Shown: positions 1 to 9,160, counted from the first letter of the stretch. The stretch: 55,169 nucleotides of DNA from Candidatus Saccharimonadota bacterium (GCA_035329105.1 DAOLHK010000001.1:27955-83123), one strand, 5' to 3'. Program-made: numbers and translations. Notes: generated by a model from the sequence alone, not told the origin.

Positions 1-1059
1 ATCGTCCACATCCTCACCCACGGGGGGCTCAGAGGCTTCGGGCGGCTCGGGCTCGTCGGGGGTTGTCGGAGGGGTTTCCTCCGGCTCATCCGAGTTGCTC
101 GTGTCGGCCGGTGCGTTCCTGCCCCTGCGCTCGTCGACGAAGCTGATGATCGGGAGCTGATCCCGACCCTCATAGTCATCGCCCTCGTTCAGGCGGCGGT
201 TGCCATAGGTCAGCGCACGCGCTGCCTGGCCTGCCCGGAAGGGCAGGTTGTCGACATCCGACTGCTCGCCGGAGCTCATGATCTCCATGTACCGCTCGTC
301 GTGCTTGAGCAGCTCCTCCAGCAGGAGGGTCTGCCGCAGCTTGGAGCGGTAGTCCGGGAACAGCTGATCGCTCGGGGCGGCCAGCTCGAACAGCACCAGG
401 CGAGCAAACTCCACCTCGAGATCGGCGATCTCGTTGCGAAGAGCGCTCACGGCGTCGTTCGGCTCCTTCGGGTCGAAGTTGCGCTCCTTGAACTGAGCGA
501 CACGCTCGTTGAGCCACGTGTCGATCTGGGACCAGTCACGGCCCTGCAGCTCATCGAGGTACTCACCGACACCGAGGTCATCGGGGTCATCTTGCGGCTC
601 CGGCTCGACCACCAACGGCTCCGAAGAGCTGGCGGTGGTGTCGACAGCGTGTTCACCGTCGATGTCGTCGTCGCTCTCGTCGTCCGCCGTGACAGGCGGG
701 TTGGTGAGAGCGTCGATCTTGGCCTGCGGAGCCTCGATGTACAGCCCACGCGGGTCATTGGCCCGCTTGAGCGCAGCCTTCACCTTCTTCTTCTCGACCT
801 TGGTGTTCGGACCGAGAAGTTCGGAATGCTGCTCGACGTCGTCGAGGCACCGGAGTTCGATGCCACTTCGGCGGTAGCCGTCCAGCATCAGGATCTCCTG
901 CCAGGTGAACTCCGTCATCTCCACACCGTTGGCCTGCATGCACAGGTTGTACCGCTCGGCCAGCTGCCAAGCGGTCCACTGCGCACCCAAGTCGGTGCGA
1001 GGCTGCGGCTCTTCGTCGGCCGCGTCGATCTTGCGATCGACTTGTTCGTCGGTCGTCAC
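1..1059 (-). CDS. Acidic hypothetical protein, distal end cut by window edge (353 codons visible), encoded in ~65% GC DNA
   Basis: Minus-strand frame checked codon by codon: no stop from 1059 to nt 1. GTG at 1057-1059 with GGAGGGAGG ending 9 nt upstream. G/C-rich third positions. Begins MTTDEQVDRKIDAADEEPQPRTDLGAQWTAWQLAERYNL. Absent from the ORF track because it has no in-window stop. Tracked ORFs 301..1068(+), 176..517(-), 447..758(-) and 755..1180(-) look like R/L/P-rich shadow frames. Confidence 0.7.
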   Translation of the reverse strand, partial: MTTDEQVDRKIDAADEEPQPRTDLGAQWTAWQLAERYNLCMQANGVEMTEFTWQEILMLDGYRRSGIELRCLDDVEQHSELLGPNTKVEKKKVKAALKRANDPRGLYIEAPQAKIDALTNPPVTADDESDDDIDGEHAVDTTASSSEPLVVEPEPQDDPDDLGVGEYLDELQGRDWSQIDTWLNERVAQFKERNFDPKEPNDAVSALRNEIADLEVEFARLVLFELAAPSDQLFPDYRSKLRQTLLLEELLKHDERYMEIMSSGEQSDVDNLPFRAGQAARALTYGNRRLNEGDDYEGRDQLPIISFVDERRGRNAPADTSNSDEPEETPPTTPDEPEPPEASEPPVGEDVDD

Positions 1060-1151
1060 TTAAAGTGACCTCCCTCCGCCATATTCTGGCGGGTAGTAGT
1101 TGGAAACATCTACGGACAGCGGGATTACTCCACACTATCTCGTCACGAAAG

Positions 1152-1180
1152 AGTCTACTACAAAACAGATAATTTGTCAA
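1152..1180 (-). promoter_or_regulatory. Candidate sigma70-type promoter in AT-rich DNA upstream of the GC-rich gene
   Basis: Minus strand reads TTGACA (1180-1175), a 17-nt spacer, then TAGACT (1157-1152), about 90 nt upstream of the GTG start. Confidence 0.4.
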
Positions 1181-1211
1181 TAACTACTAACCTTAAGCTT
1201 TTATAAATACT

Positions 1212-2933
1212 TTATTTTGGTTGCTTGATCCTAATAGCACTACTGCGATTAGCTACATCAAAACTACTGTCAAATGATCTCTGAGCTCTTATCATAGCTC
1301 CATCCTTATGGTATCTAGCGTGCTGAGTATAAGCACTTCCGTCACAGATCTGAGTGACACGTAATATAGCTGCAAACAGACCTGCTTGATTCTTGTTGGC
1401 AGGTTTAGACAATATGCCAGATGCTATATCTCTACTGTACTTCAACAGCTCTGATTGTTTGGACTTACTTACATGGACACTAGTAACTAGATCGCTGCCC
1501 TCACCCATCATCGATAGCATCAGCTCAACTGTTTCTTTGCGATAACCCATTTGCAAGAGCAATTTCTCAGCTACAAAGCTATTGTATAGAGCTTGACGTT
1601 GTTTATTACCATCAATCGCCACGCACAGCGACTTACCGACATCTTGCATGAATAGAAAAGTCTTGATAAATCCAACTATTTCGGCCGGAACTTTGCTGGC
1701 ATAGTATCGCTCAAACATACCCAGTACTGCCTCGGTATGTTCTTCTAAGGTATAGCCTTCCCAGGTACCAGTGCTAGACTCTAGTAGTAGCTTAAGATCA
1801 GGCGAGACTTCCTTGGCTGTGGCGATGATGTGCTCTGGTGAACTGTAGTAATCTTGTAAGACATTTCTCAGTCTCATGGCGCCATCTGCATCGAGTATCG
1901 TCTCGAATTTGTTGAGTTTATCAAATACATCTTTGAAGCTAGCGGGTACGCTTGGCTTTTCAGCTCTAGCGTGAGGGTTGGTGATAGTACTAAATTCTGA
2001 GAAGAATCCTTCAAATCCTTTGAGCATCGATGACTGCAGATCCTCTAGACTTTCTCGAGCTTCGATTTGCTGAATGGCACTTACATCCCACAATGCAACT
2101 ACGTCTTTGATACCTCTACCCAGATTGCCACTATGAAAATCTGACTGTATACCAGATATATGTGCTCTTCTAAATGTTTCCAATAAAAAGCTCTTGGATA
2201 GAGCAACGTTTAGTTTTTTCTTGGTATTCGGGCCTTGGATGCTTGCTACTGGTGGTCTATCTGTCAGAAATACAACACCAGCATCAGCTATTCTACCATC
2301 TGCTATCAATTGTCTACTATTGAACGCCTGTATATACCTGTCTATAGCTTTGTTCCAATCCGACAACTCAACATCTTTAGGCTTATAGTAAAGTGAAGTT
2401 TCACGAATAGTTTGTAGTGTATTTTTATCACGAGAGATATAGTGGGTGTTATTAATCTGTAGGGCCTGAGCGATGGTGGTCTCTATATAATTTGCAGCAA
2501 GTGATTGCCAAGGCTTGTCTGACTCCACTGGCAAACCTTCTGTCAGAGAGATGTCCGCTACCAATCTTTGACCTTCTTCAGGTGAACAATTGCTACGTAC
2601 TACAAATCTTTCTCTGTCTATCGCTTTTATTTGCTCTACAGTGGCATCCTGTGGCCTTGAGCCAGATCTGACCCTGGCAAAAGCTTCAGCGTCTTCTCGA
2701 TGTGGAGTGGCATAAAAAGTATAGCTATACACATTATGTGAACCCTTTGAATCATGAAATGGACCTACCTTCCAATGCTCACCTGTTCCGTTTTTTCTAC
2801 CATGCCACAACTCATGTATATCACTCAGTCGCGCCAGAGAGCCTTCCTGCACTAATCTCTCAGTAATATCTGGACGTACGACTTCAGTAGCCTCTTGAAA
2901 GACCGGGGAACTTACTTCGCTTCGTAGGGCCAT
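1212..2933 (-). CDS. Large hypothetical protein (573 aa) with C-terminal degenerate HD-like motif
   Basis: Long ORF, last gene of a tight four-gene minus-strand cluster (15-nt gap to 2949..3287). No family recognised. The spacing EEHTEAV ... FMQDVGKS resembles H...HD(I/V)GK of HD domains, but with Q in place of the His. Confidence 0.6.
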   Translation of the reverse strand: MALRSEVSSPVFQEATEVVRPDITERLVQEGSLARLSDIHELWHGRKNGTGEHWKVGPFHDSKGSHNVYSYTFYATPHREDAEAFARVRSGSRPQDATVEQIKAIDRERFVVRSNCSPEEGQRLVADISLTEGLPVESDKPWQSLAANYIETTIAQALQINNTHYISRDKNTLQTIRETSLYYKPKDVELSDWNKAIDRYIQAFNSRQLIADGRIADAGVVFLTDRPPVASIQGPNTKKKLNVALSKSFLLETFRRAHISGIQSDFHSGNLGRGIKDVVALWDVSAIQQIEARESLEDLQSSMLKGFEGFFSEFSTITNPHARAEKPSVPASFKDVFDKLNKFETILDADGAMRLRNVLQDYYSSPEHIIATAKEVSPDLKLLLESSTGTWEGYTLEEHTEAVLGMFERYYASKVPAEIVGFIKTFLFMQDVGKSLCVAIDGNKQRQALYNSFVAEKLLLQMGYRKETVELMLSMMGEGSDLVTSVHVSKSKQSELLKYSRDIASGILSKPANKNQAGLFAAILRVTQICDGSAYTQHARYHKDGAMIRAQRSFDSSFDVANRSSAIRIKQPK

Positions 2934-2948
2934 TGTGTCTATTTATCC

Positions 2949-3287
2949 TTAGTCGATGGGGGTTGTTTCTTTGAGCATAGCATCGACTTGCTCGTCCATG
3001 GCTAGTCGATTGTTTTCGAGTTCGTTGATGGTATCTTCTTCTATCTTGGCAGACCAGGTATCATAATTATCTATCTTGGAAATGATATAACTCTCTACTT
3101 CATCATCTTGACCAGCTTCAATCAGCTTTTCTAGCTCTGTCATATCTTCTTCGCTAAGTCTTTCACTTATCTTTTGCAATAATCTAGTCCACACTGTATC
3201 AGCAAGTTGCTGCAGCAAGTCGTCCTGGACAGCCTTGTCCATATCTTGTGCACCCAATTTTATTAATATTTGTTCACGTGTAAGCAT
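2949..3287 (-). CDS. Small acidic helical protein (112 aa), paralogue of 3306..3734
   Basis: ORF with an AGAAAGAG-like SD. Hand alignment to its neighbour: TRLLQKISERLSEEDMTELEKLIEAGQDDE versus TRVNAKLVEQMDQAQQDEYIRLIGEGDEAN. Resembles the small acidic DUF-type proteins common in CPR genomes (from memory, unverified). Confidence 0.7.
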   Translation of the reverse strand: MLTREQILIKLGAQDMDKAVQDDLLQQLADTVWTRLLQKISERLSEEDMTELEKLIEAGQDDEVESYIISKIDNYDTWSAKIEEDTINELENNRLAMDEQVDAMLKETTPID

Positions 3288-3305
3288 AGTTTACTCTTTC
3301 TTGTA

Positions 3306-3734
3306 TTAGGTATTACTTGTCACTCCAGGTGGTGGTTGAGGAGGTGGGGCTGAGCTCAAGGTCAAGAAGGGATCATTATCTACAGATGCTGAAGCACCGA
3401 CCATTTCTGTAGTGTCTTCCGTGATAGCTTCCGCACCCGATTTGATATCCGCTACGAGCCTTGATACTTCTGAATCAACTATAGATTTGAGATTGGGAAA
3501 CGATTTTTCCTTAAATGCTGTGATATTAGCCTCATCACCTTCACCAATTAGGCGGATGTATTCGTCTTGTTGAGCCTGGTCCATTTGTTCTACTAGCTTA
3601 GCGTTGACTCTGGTATTTAGTATCACAAAGAAAGTCTTAGAGAAATTCTCTTTTTCTGTTGGGCTCAAGTCATTCATGTCGAGCTGATCAAATATTTTGT
3701 CGTCTAGTATGTCTGATTTCATAGTTTGTACCAT
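3306..3734 (-). CDS. Small acidic helical protein (142 aa) with Pro-rich C-terminus, paralogue of 2949..3287
   Basis: ORF 17 nt downstream of the 750-aa gene. Shares the helical core with 2949..3287. C-terminal tail is SSAPPPQPPPGVTSNT. Confidence 0.7.
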   Translation of the reverse strand: MVQTMKSDILDDKIFDQLDMNDLSPTEKENFSKTFFVILNTRVNAKLVEQMDQAQQDEYIRLIGEGDEANITAFKEKSFPNLKSIVDSEVSRLVADIKSGAEAITEDTTEMVGASASVDNDPFLTLSSAPPPQPPPGVTSNT

Positions 3735-3751
3735 TTACCTTTCTGTATTCC

Positions 3752-6004
3752 TTATCCGAAATGTCCGGCGGTTAAATGCTGGAAATACTGGGGTGCTAGA
3801 TCGATTTGAGGGTTTTTGAGTAGGAGTAGTGCTTCGAGCTGCTGTCTGCCTGCAGGACCGGAATTTAATAAATTATTATATGCATTATTACCTATCACAC
3901 CCTTGAGTCTAGCAATAGCTTCCGTGCGCTCTGCACCAGATACAAAGTCTCCTTTTGCAAGCCTGTCAATGAGCTCTGGGTTGTTGATAGATCCATACCG
4001 ATGGTCAGTGTCTGGTCCGGGTGTTGGAGGATTATCAATGGCATTCACCAGCTTGTAGGCGCCTATGGCACCGACTATGCCCGCTAAGGCTGCTCCGGCA
4101 CGTTTGCTCCATCTACGTGTATTGGTTTGTTTTTCTTGAGCTGTAAGTTCTTGACCAATATTTTCTTTTCTTGTCTTGTCTCTATTTGGGTCGCCAGACT
4201 CTTTGAACTTCTGAGACCCTAGGCCGAATTTCTCACTACGGGCGCCTACCATTTCTCCTACACCTCTACTTGCATTGTATGCACCATACATTCCCACAGC
4301 AGTCCTACCTCCGAAACCTAATATTGCTAAGGGGGCTAAACCAGTTACTGTACCCGTGATACCAATACCAGTAAGAGCAAGTCCTGCAACCATTCTAGTC
4401 TTAGGGTGTTTCTTGAGCCATTCATTCATCTTGGCAAGTTTGGGGTGCTCTGCTGTACGTTGACGTAGCATCTCAGCATCCACTCTGGCTCGTACCTTCA
4501 ACAACTCTTCGACTTTGACCTGGTTGAATCTAACCAATTCTTGTTCGAGTAGACTCTCCATATTACGTTGGTAATCAGCTTGTTTAGCTTGATAGTCTAT
4601 CTGTTCTTGTATCTCAGCTGCAAATTGAGCATCTGTGTAATCGCGATATTTTGGATCTCTATCAGCAGGTGCAAGTAATCTTTGGTGGTCTAGAGTTCTT
4701 TGGATAGATTCGGACTGACTCACATAGTCTTTTGATAGCTCGGAATTTTGTAGACCATTTCGCATGTTTTCAACATGCTTTTGTGATAACGCAGCACAAT
4801 AAGCTTCGAAGGCTCGATCCATGTTTTCTTTTTCTCGAGCAAGATTTTCTTTGGCTTCTTTGCCAGCAAACATCTTCTCGGATCTTATTCGTGCTGCCGC
4901 CCATCGCTCAGTGGCTTCATCATAGGCAGCTTGTGCTTCGGTGATATCAGGTATGGGTTCAATTGGACGAGGTTCTGGTTGGGGTTGAGGCTCAGGCTGT
5001 GGTTCGGGCTCAGGCTGTGGTTCGGGCTCGGGCTGTGGTTCGGGCTCGGGCTGTGGTTCGGGCTCGGACGGTTTGATTTTAGTTTTTTGCTCTATAACTG
5101 GTACTTCTATCTTAAAGTCATTCCACTCTTGGCCCTTATCTCTAAGCTTGTCCATTTCTTCCCAACTAGCGCCGCCAGTCTCAAGCCATTCTTTCAAAAC
5201 AGCTTTGTCATATTTTTTTAACAATGCCAAATCTTCACTGATTCTTGCTTTCTCATCAACATCTTCTTTACCTAGAGATGCTCGTTGATCTTTGAGATAA
5301 GTTGTCATGGCAGCAATTTCTACTGGGCTAAGTCTAACTCCTTCTACATGTTCACCTGAAGTATCCAAAAGTGCTAGCCATTGTTCTTCCCTCCATCTAT
5401 CAAGGTGAGTAGCTACAATATCAGGATCATACTTGAGTTCACCTGTCCTGCCAGAAATAACCATCTCATCATGAAGAAGTGGCTTTTCTTTACGGCGCAA
5501 ATCTTTGAGTCTTTCCCAAGATGCTGCCATCTCTTCTTTGACTTGCTCTGGAGTAAGAGTTTCGAGCGCTACAGCTGCTGACCTTTCAGGCTTCGCAGGT
5601 GTTGGCTCTGTAGTTGAGGCCAAATCTGTTTCTAATATGCCCAAATAAGCTTCAAGGGACCTAGTGGAAAGCCCTTTAGCTCTACCTTCTTCGATGTCTT
5701 TTTTTACTCCGTCGATTTTGCCTTTTATTTCGGATCTCTTATCGGCTCTCTCAAGACCTGCTTCTGTATCTGTGGTTTCGGGAGTAGCAGTGGCAGGTTC
5801 TGGTGTTTCGGCGCTTGGCGTGGGAGGTGCTGCAGGTTCACCCGTGGTGTTTGAAGCTGCAGTAGGTGTAGATGGCTCTCTTGTACCAGTACCTGGTGGT
5901 GGTTCGGGTGGGGCCATTAGTCTGGCTGCTACCTCTTCTGGTGTAGGTGGATCGAATGATTCTGCTGAACTTCCACCTGGAGTCGTCTCTACACTATCTG
6001 CCAT
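3752..6004 (-). CDS. Large membrane-anchored hypothetical protein (750 aa) with low-complexity N-terminus and PEPEPQ repeats
   Basis: P/T/E-rich N-terminus, a (PEPEPQ)n tract and a long charged coiled-coil-like middle. Gly-rich hydrophobic segments (MVAGLALTGIGITGTVTGLAPLAILGFGG; AGAALAGIVGAIGAY). About 100-aa C-terminal domain. AAGGA SD upstream. Confidence 0.75.
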   Translation of the reverse strand: MADSVETTPGGSSAESFDPPTPEEVAARLMAPPEPPPGTGTREPSTPTAASNTTGEPAAPPTPSAETPEPATATPETTDTEAGLERADKRSEIKGKIDGVKKDIEEGRAKGLSTRSLEAYLGILETDLASTTEPTPAKPERSAAVALETLTPEQVKEEMAASWERLKDLRRKEKPLLHDEMVISGRTGELKYDPDIVATHLDRWREEQWLALLDTSGEHVEGVRLSPVEIAAMTTYLKDQRASLGKEDVDEKARISEDLALLKKYDKAVLKEWLETGGASWEEMDKLRDKGQEWNDFKIEVPVIEQKTKIKPSEPEPQPEPEPQPEPEPQPEPEPQPEPQPQPEPRPIEPIPDITEAQAAYDEATERWAAARIRSEKMFAGKEAKENLAREKENMDRAFEAYCAALSQKHVENMRNGLQNSELSKDYVSQSESIQRTLDHQRLLAPADRDPKYRDYTDAQFAAEIQEQIDYQAKQADYQRNMESLLEQELVRFNQVKVEELLKVRARVDAEMLRQRTAEHPKLAKMNEWLKKHPKTRMVAGLALTGIGITGTVTGLAPLAILGFGGRTAVGMYGAYNASRGVGEMVGARSEKFGLGSQKFKESGDPNRDKTRKENIGQELTAQEKQTNTRRWSKRAGAALAGIVGAIGAYKLVNAIDNPPTPGPDTDHRYGSINNPELIDRLAKGDFVSGAERTEAIARLKGVIGNNAYNNLLNSGPAGRQQLEALLLLKNPQIDLAPQYFQHLTAGHFG
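4991..5062. repeat. Four tandem 18-bp repeats (CTCRGGCTGTGGTTCGGG) inside the 750-aa CDS
   Basis: Read directly: units at 4991-5008, 5009-5026, 5027-5044 and 5045-5062, with degenerate copies flanking (4971-4990, 5063-5068). They encode PEPEPQ repeats on the minus strand. Confidence 0.9.
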
Positions 6005-6082
6005 GTTTTTCCTTATTATCCTTGATATCCTTTGAGGATTTAATATTTGTCATTGCAAGTTTTATACTTATGCTTAAATACT

Positions 6083-6111
6083 ATCATAAGAATTATCTAC
6101 ACTCAAGTCAA
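6083..6111 (-). promoter_or_regulatory. Candidate promoter of the 6004..1212 operon
   Basis: Minus strand reads TTGACT (6111-6106), a 17-nt spacer, then TATGAT (6088-6083), immediately downstream of the secA stop. Confidence 0.4.
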
Positions 6112-6118
6112 GCAATAC

Positions 6119-8722
6119 TTAGCGTCTTTTTTTCTTTTTGCGTTTGGATTTTTTGACTTTGCGCATAGGACTTAGCTTGACCTGTTTGCTCGCATCAATT
6201 TTTGCAGATTTGGATTTCTTGGTTTTTACTACCTCAGCTTCTGTGGCTTGGCTAGTAGCATGCTTAGCACCTTCGGTGATTTCAGTAGTAGGAGCTTCAA
6301 CTGCTTCCTGAGGCTGTATCTCGACCTTAAATATCGTTGTAGCTATCTCGTAGTTGATACCGTTTTGGAGTTGAGTAAATAGTCTAAACGCCTCGGACTT
6401 GTATTCTACCAGCGGGTCTCGCTGACCATATCCTCGCAAGCCTATACCATCACGCAGATGGTCCATAGTCTCGAGATGCTGTAGCCAGGCCGAATCTATC
6501 ACCTTAAAACACACCAGCCTATTGATAAGCTGCATAGTATCATCGCCAAACTGTTTAGCTCTCTCGGCATAGAAGTCTTGAGCAATATTCATGAGATTAG
6601 AGACAATATCTTGGGGTAGCTTACTGGTAATAGTCTTGGGCCAATCATTATGAACCGGAATGATCTTACGAGCACTCTTAGCCACTTCTTCTAGATCTAC
6701 CATTGAAGTGGAAGAGTTGGTATGAGTTGTTACTACTACCCCAAATTCTTGCTCCAGAGCCTCAAAAATATCCGGCTTGAGATCTTTGGACTCCAAATAT
6801 CTACGGCGTTTCTTGTAGATAATCTCGCGTTGTGAGTTCATAACGTCGTCATACTCAACTAGGTGTTTTCGGATATCAAAATTGTGTCCTTCGACTCGTT
6901 TTTGGGCTGTTTCGAGAGTCTTTGATATCATCTTGTTTTCAATTGGGACATCTTCTGGGACATTGAGTGTATTCATCAGTGAACCAATGCGGTCACCACC
7001 AAACACTCGCATCAAATCATCTTCTACGCTTACATAAAATTGGCTAGAACCAGGATCACCTTGTCGACCAGCTCTACCACGCAACTGATTGTCGATACGG
7101 CGCGATTCATGACGTTCGGTTCCAAGCACATGCAGACCGCCGAGTTCTTTGACTTTGTCGTCTAAAACAATGTCGGTACCTCGCCCGGCAATATTGGTAG
7201 CCAAGGTGACGGCACCTACTCTACCAGCTTCGGCAATGATACCGGCTTCAGCTTCGTTGTTTTTGGCATTTAGTACTGTATGATCGATACCTGCCTTTTT
7301 GAGCATCGTACTTAATATCTCGTTTTTCTCAATACTCACAGTACCAATTAGCACTGCTTGACCTTTTTGATGACGTTCTTTTACTTCTTGGACCACAGCC
7401 TTGAACTTGCCTAGCTCAGTCCTATAGATCTTGTCCTGAAGATCTTGTCTGATCATCGGGCGGTGTGTAGGTATTTGCGTGACTTCTAGTGAGTAAATCT
7501 TGGCAAATTCTTCAGCTTCGGTCATAGCAGTACCTGTCATACCGGCTAGCTTATTGTAAAGGCGGAATAAGTTTTGGAATGTAATAGTAGCAAGCGTCTG
7601 ACTCTCGGCTTGGATCTGAACACCCTCTTTTGCTTCGATGGCTTGATGCAATCCTTCGCTATATCGCCTACCAGGCAACATTCGTCCGGTAAATTCGTCT
7701 ACTATCACTATCTCTCCATCTGCAGATACCACATAGTCTTTGTCCTTAATAAATAATGCTTCAGCCTTGAGGGCGGCTTCTATATGATGCACATCTTCGA
7801 TACGGCCAGCTTCATAAATATTGTCTACACCTAGAGATTTTTCTATCTTCGCGATACCAGCTTCTGTGACACTGACAGCTTTTTGCTTCTCATCGACCGT
7901 ATAATCTGTCTTGGGGTCTAGTGATCTAGCAATTTTGGCAAATGTATAGTACCTATCGGTACCTTTATTGGCTTGCTGGGAAATAATAAGCGGGGTTCTT
8001 GCTTCATCTATCAATATAGAATCTACTTCATCGACAATGACGTAGTTGAGATCACGCTGTACTATCTGAGATAACTCTTGTACCATATTGTCACGTAAAT
8101 AATCAAAGCCAAATTCATTGTTGGTACCATATGTGATATCAGCATTGTAAGCTTCTTTGCGCTGTACAGGTCGAAGATGACGAAGTCTTTCGTCTTCATG
8201 ACTATCATCGGTGTATCCTGGATCATACATAAATGCACTATCGTGGGATATTACGCCTGTCGATAAACCTAGGAAATGATATATCTGCCCCATCCATCCG
8301 GCATGAAGTTTGGCTAAATAATCATTGACGGTAACCAGGTGAGCACCTTTTTTACTTAGTGCATTGAGATAAAGCGGTGCAGTTGCTACCAAAGTCTTGC
8401 CCTCGCCAGTTCTCATCTCAGCGATAGCTCCACTATGAAGCACTACACCACCTATCAGCTGAACATCAAAATGACGCTGATTGAGTACGCGTCGGCTAGC
8501 TTCTCTTACGACCGCAAAAGCCTCTTCTAGTATGCTATCGAGTGATGAATCGAGCTTTTTATGGTCTATACGATCCAAAAACTCGGCTGTTTTAGCCTTG
8601 AGTTTCTCATCCGAAAGCGCCTTTATCTCATCTTCAAGAGCATTGATCCGATCTACGCGAATCTTGGCTTTTTTGATCTCTCGTGCGTTGGGGTCACCAA
8701 ATATTTTTGAAATTATAGACAT
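6119..8722 (-). CDS. secA: Preprotein translocase ATPase SecA
   Basis: 867 aa. N-terminus MSIISKIFGDPNAREIKK. Motor motifs MRTGEGKTLVAT and VDEVDSILIDEARTPLIIS. Lys-rich C-terminal tail. Confidence 0.97.
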   Translation of the reverse strand: MSIISKIFGDPNAREIKKAKIRVDRINALEDEIKALSDEKLKAKTAEFLDRIDHKKLDSSLDSILEEAFAVVREASRRVLNQRHFDVQLIGGVVLHSGAIAEMRTGEGKTLVATAPLYLNALSKKGAHLVTVNDYLAKLHAGWMGQIYHFLGLSTGVISHDSAFMYDPGYTDDSHEDERLRHLRPVQRKEAYNADITYGTNNEFGFDYLRDNMVQELSQIVQRDLNYVIVDEVDSILIDEARTPLIISQQANKGTDRYYTFAKIARSLDPKTDYTVDEKQKAVSVTEAGIAKIEKSLGVDNIYEAGRIEDVHHIEAALKAEALFIKDKDYVVSADGEIVIVDEFTGRMLPGRRYSEGLHQAIEAKEGVQIQAESQTLATITFQNLFRLYNKLAGMTGTAMTEAEEFAKIYSLEVTQIPTHRPMIRQDLQDKIYRTELGKFKAVVQEVKERHQKGQAVLIGTVSIEKNEILSTMLKKAGIDHTVLNAKNNEAEAGIIAEAGRVGAVTLATNIAGRGTDIVLDDKVKELGGLHVLGTERHESRRIDNQLRGRAGRQGDPGSSQFYVSVEDDLMRVFGGDRIGSLMNTLNVPEDVPIENKMISKTLETAQKRVEGHNFDIRKHLVEYDDVMNSQREIIYKKRRRYLESKDLKPDIFEALEQEFGVVVTTHTNSSTSMVDLEEVAKSARKIIPVHNDWPKTITSKLPQDIVSNLMNIAQDFYAERAKQFGDDTMQLINRLVCFKVIDSAWLQHLETMDHLRDGIGLRGYGQRDPLVEYKSEAFRLFTQLQNGINYEIATTIFKVEIQPQEAVEAPTTEITEGAKHATSQATEAEVVKTKKSKSAKIDASKQVKLSPMRKVKKSKRKKKKRR

Positions 8723-8785
8723 AGCAAGCTCTTATACATCTGTTAATTATACCAGATTACATTATATACATGTAATCCGAATATT

Positions 8786-9139
8786 TTAGTCCCGAAATTT
8801 ATTCCACATCTCTTTGACGCGAAAACGACGTGGAGAATTCTTGTCTTTGTATTTTTTGATCTGTAGTCTAAGCTTTTGCTCTACTATATCTATTGCAGAG
8901 TGAGGATTGATAGTGGCGGTTTCAGCAACTATATCAGGACCGGGTACTTCAAGTACTGCAGTTACCTTGTATTTGTTGTCTTCTTTGCCGGATGGATCAC
9001 GAAATATCTCTACTGCCATACCGATAGCTTTGTGATCTTTTGGCATGTATTTGTCCAATCTACCAAGCTTTTTCTGGACATATTTACGCAAGCTGTCGTC
9101 TATCTCGTATTTTCTACTACTCAATTTTATATCTATCAT
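8786..9139 (-). CDS. hpf: Ribosome hibernation promoting factor / RaiA family (short form)
   Basis: 117 aa. Pattern LRKYVQKKLGRLDKY ... AIDIVEQKLRLQIKKYKDK is typical of HPF/RaiA. It sits directly upstream of secA, as in many Gram-positives. Confidence 0.85.
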   Translation of the reverse strand: MIDIKLSSRKYEIDDSLRKYVQKKLGRLDKYMPKDHKAIGMAVEIFRDPSGKEDNKYKVTAVLEVPGPDIVAETATINPHSAIDIVEQKLRLQIKKYKDKNSPRRFRVKEMWNKFRD

Positions 9140-9160
9140 ATTGCCTCCACTATGATTCTA

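Noticed and set aside
176-1180. Tracked ORFs 301..1068(+), 509..877(+), 176..517(-), 447..758(-) and 755..1180(-) in the GC-rich segment
   Set aside because: Their translations are Arg/Leu/Pro/Val-rich, as expected for off-frame or antisense reading of high-GC coding DNA. The minus frame starting at GTG 1059 has an SD, sensible composition and a G/C third-position bias, and it explains the whole segment.
2949-3734. The two small acidic helical proteins as a WXG100/Esx-like secretion substrate pair
   Set aside because: There is no WxG motif and no recognisable YxxxD/E export signal. No type VII secretion components are in the window.
4971-5068. Tandem repeats as a possible CRISPR array or other non-coding array
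   Set aside because: The units are contiguous with no spacers, in frame, and inside a long ORF. No CRISPR-like repeat-spacer pattern was seen anywhere in the window.
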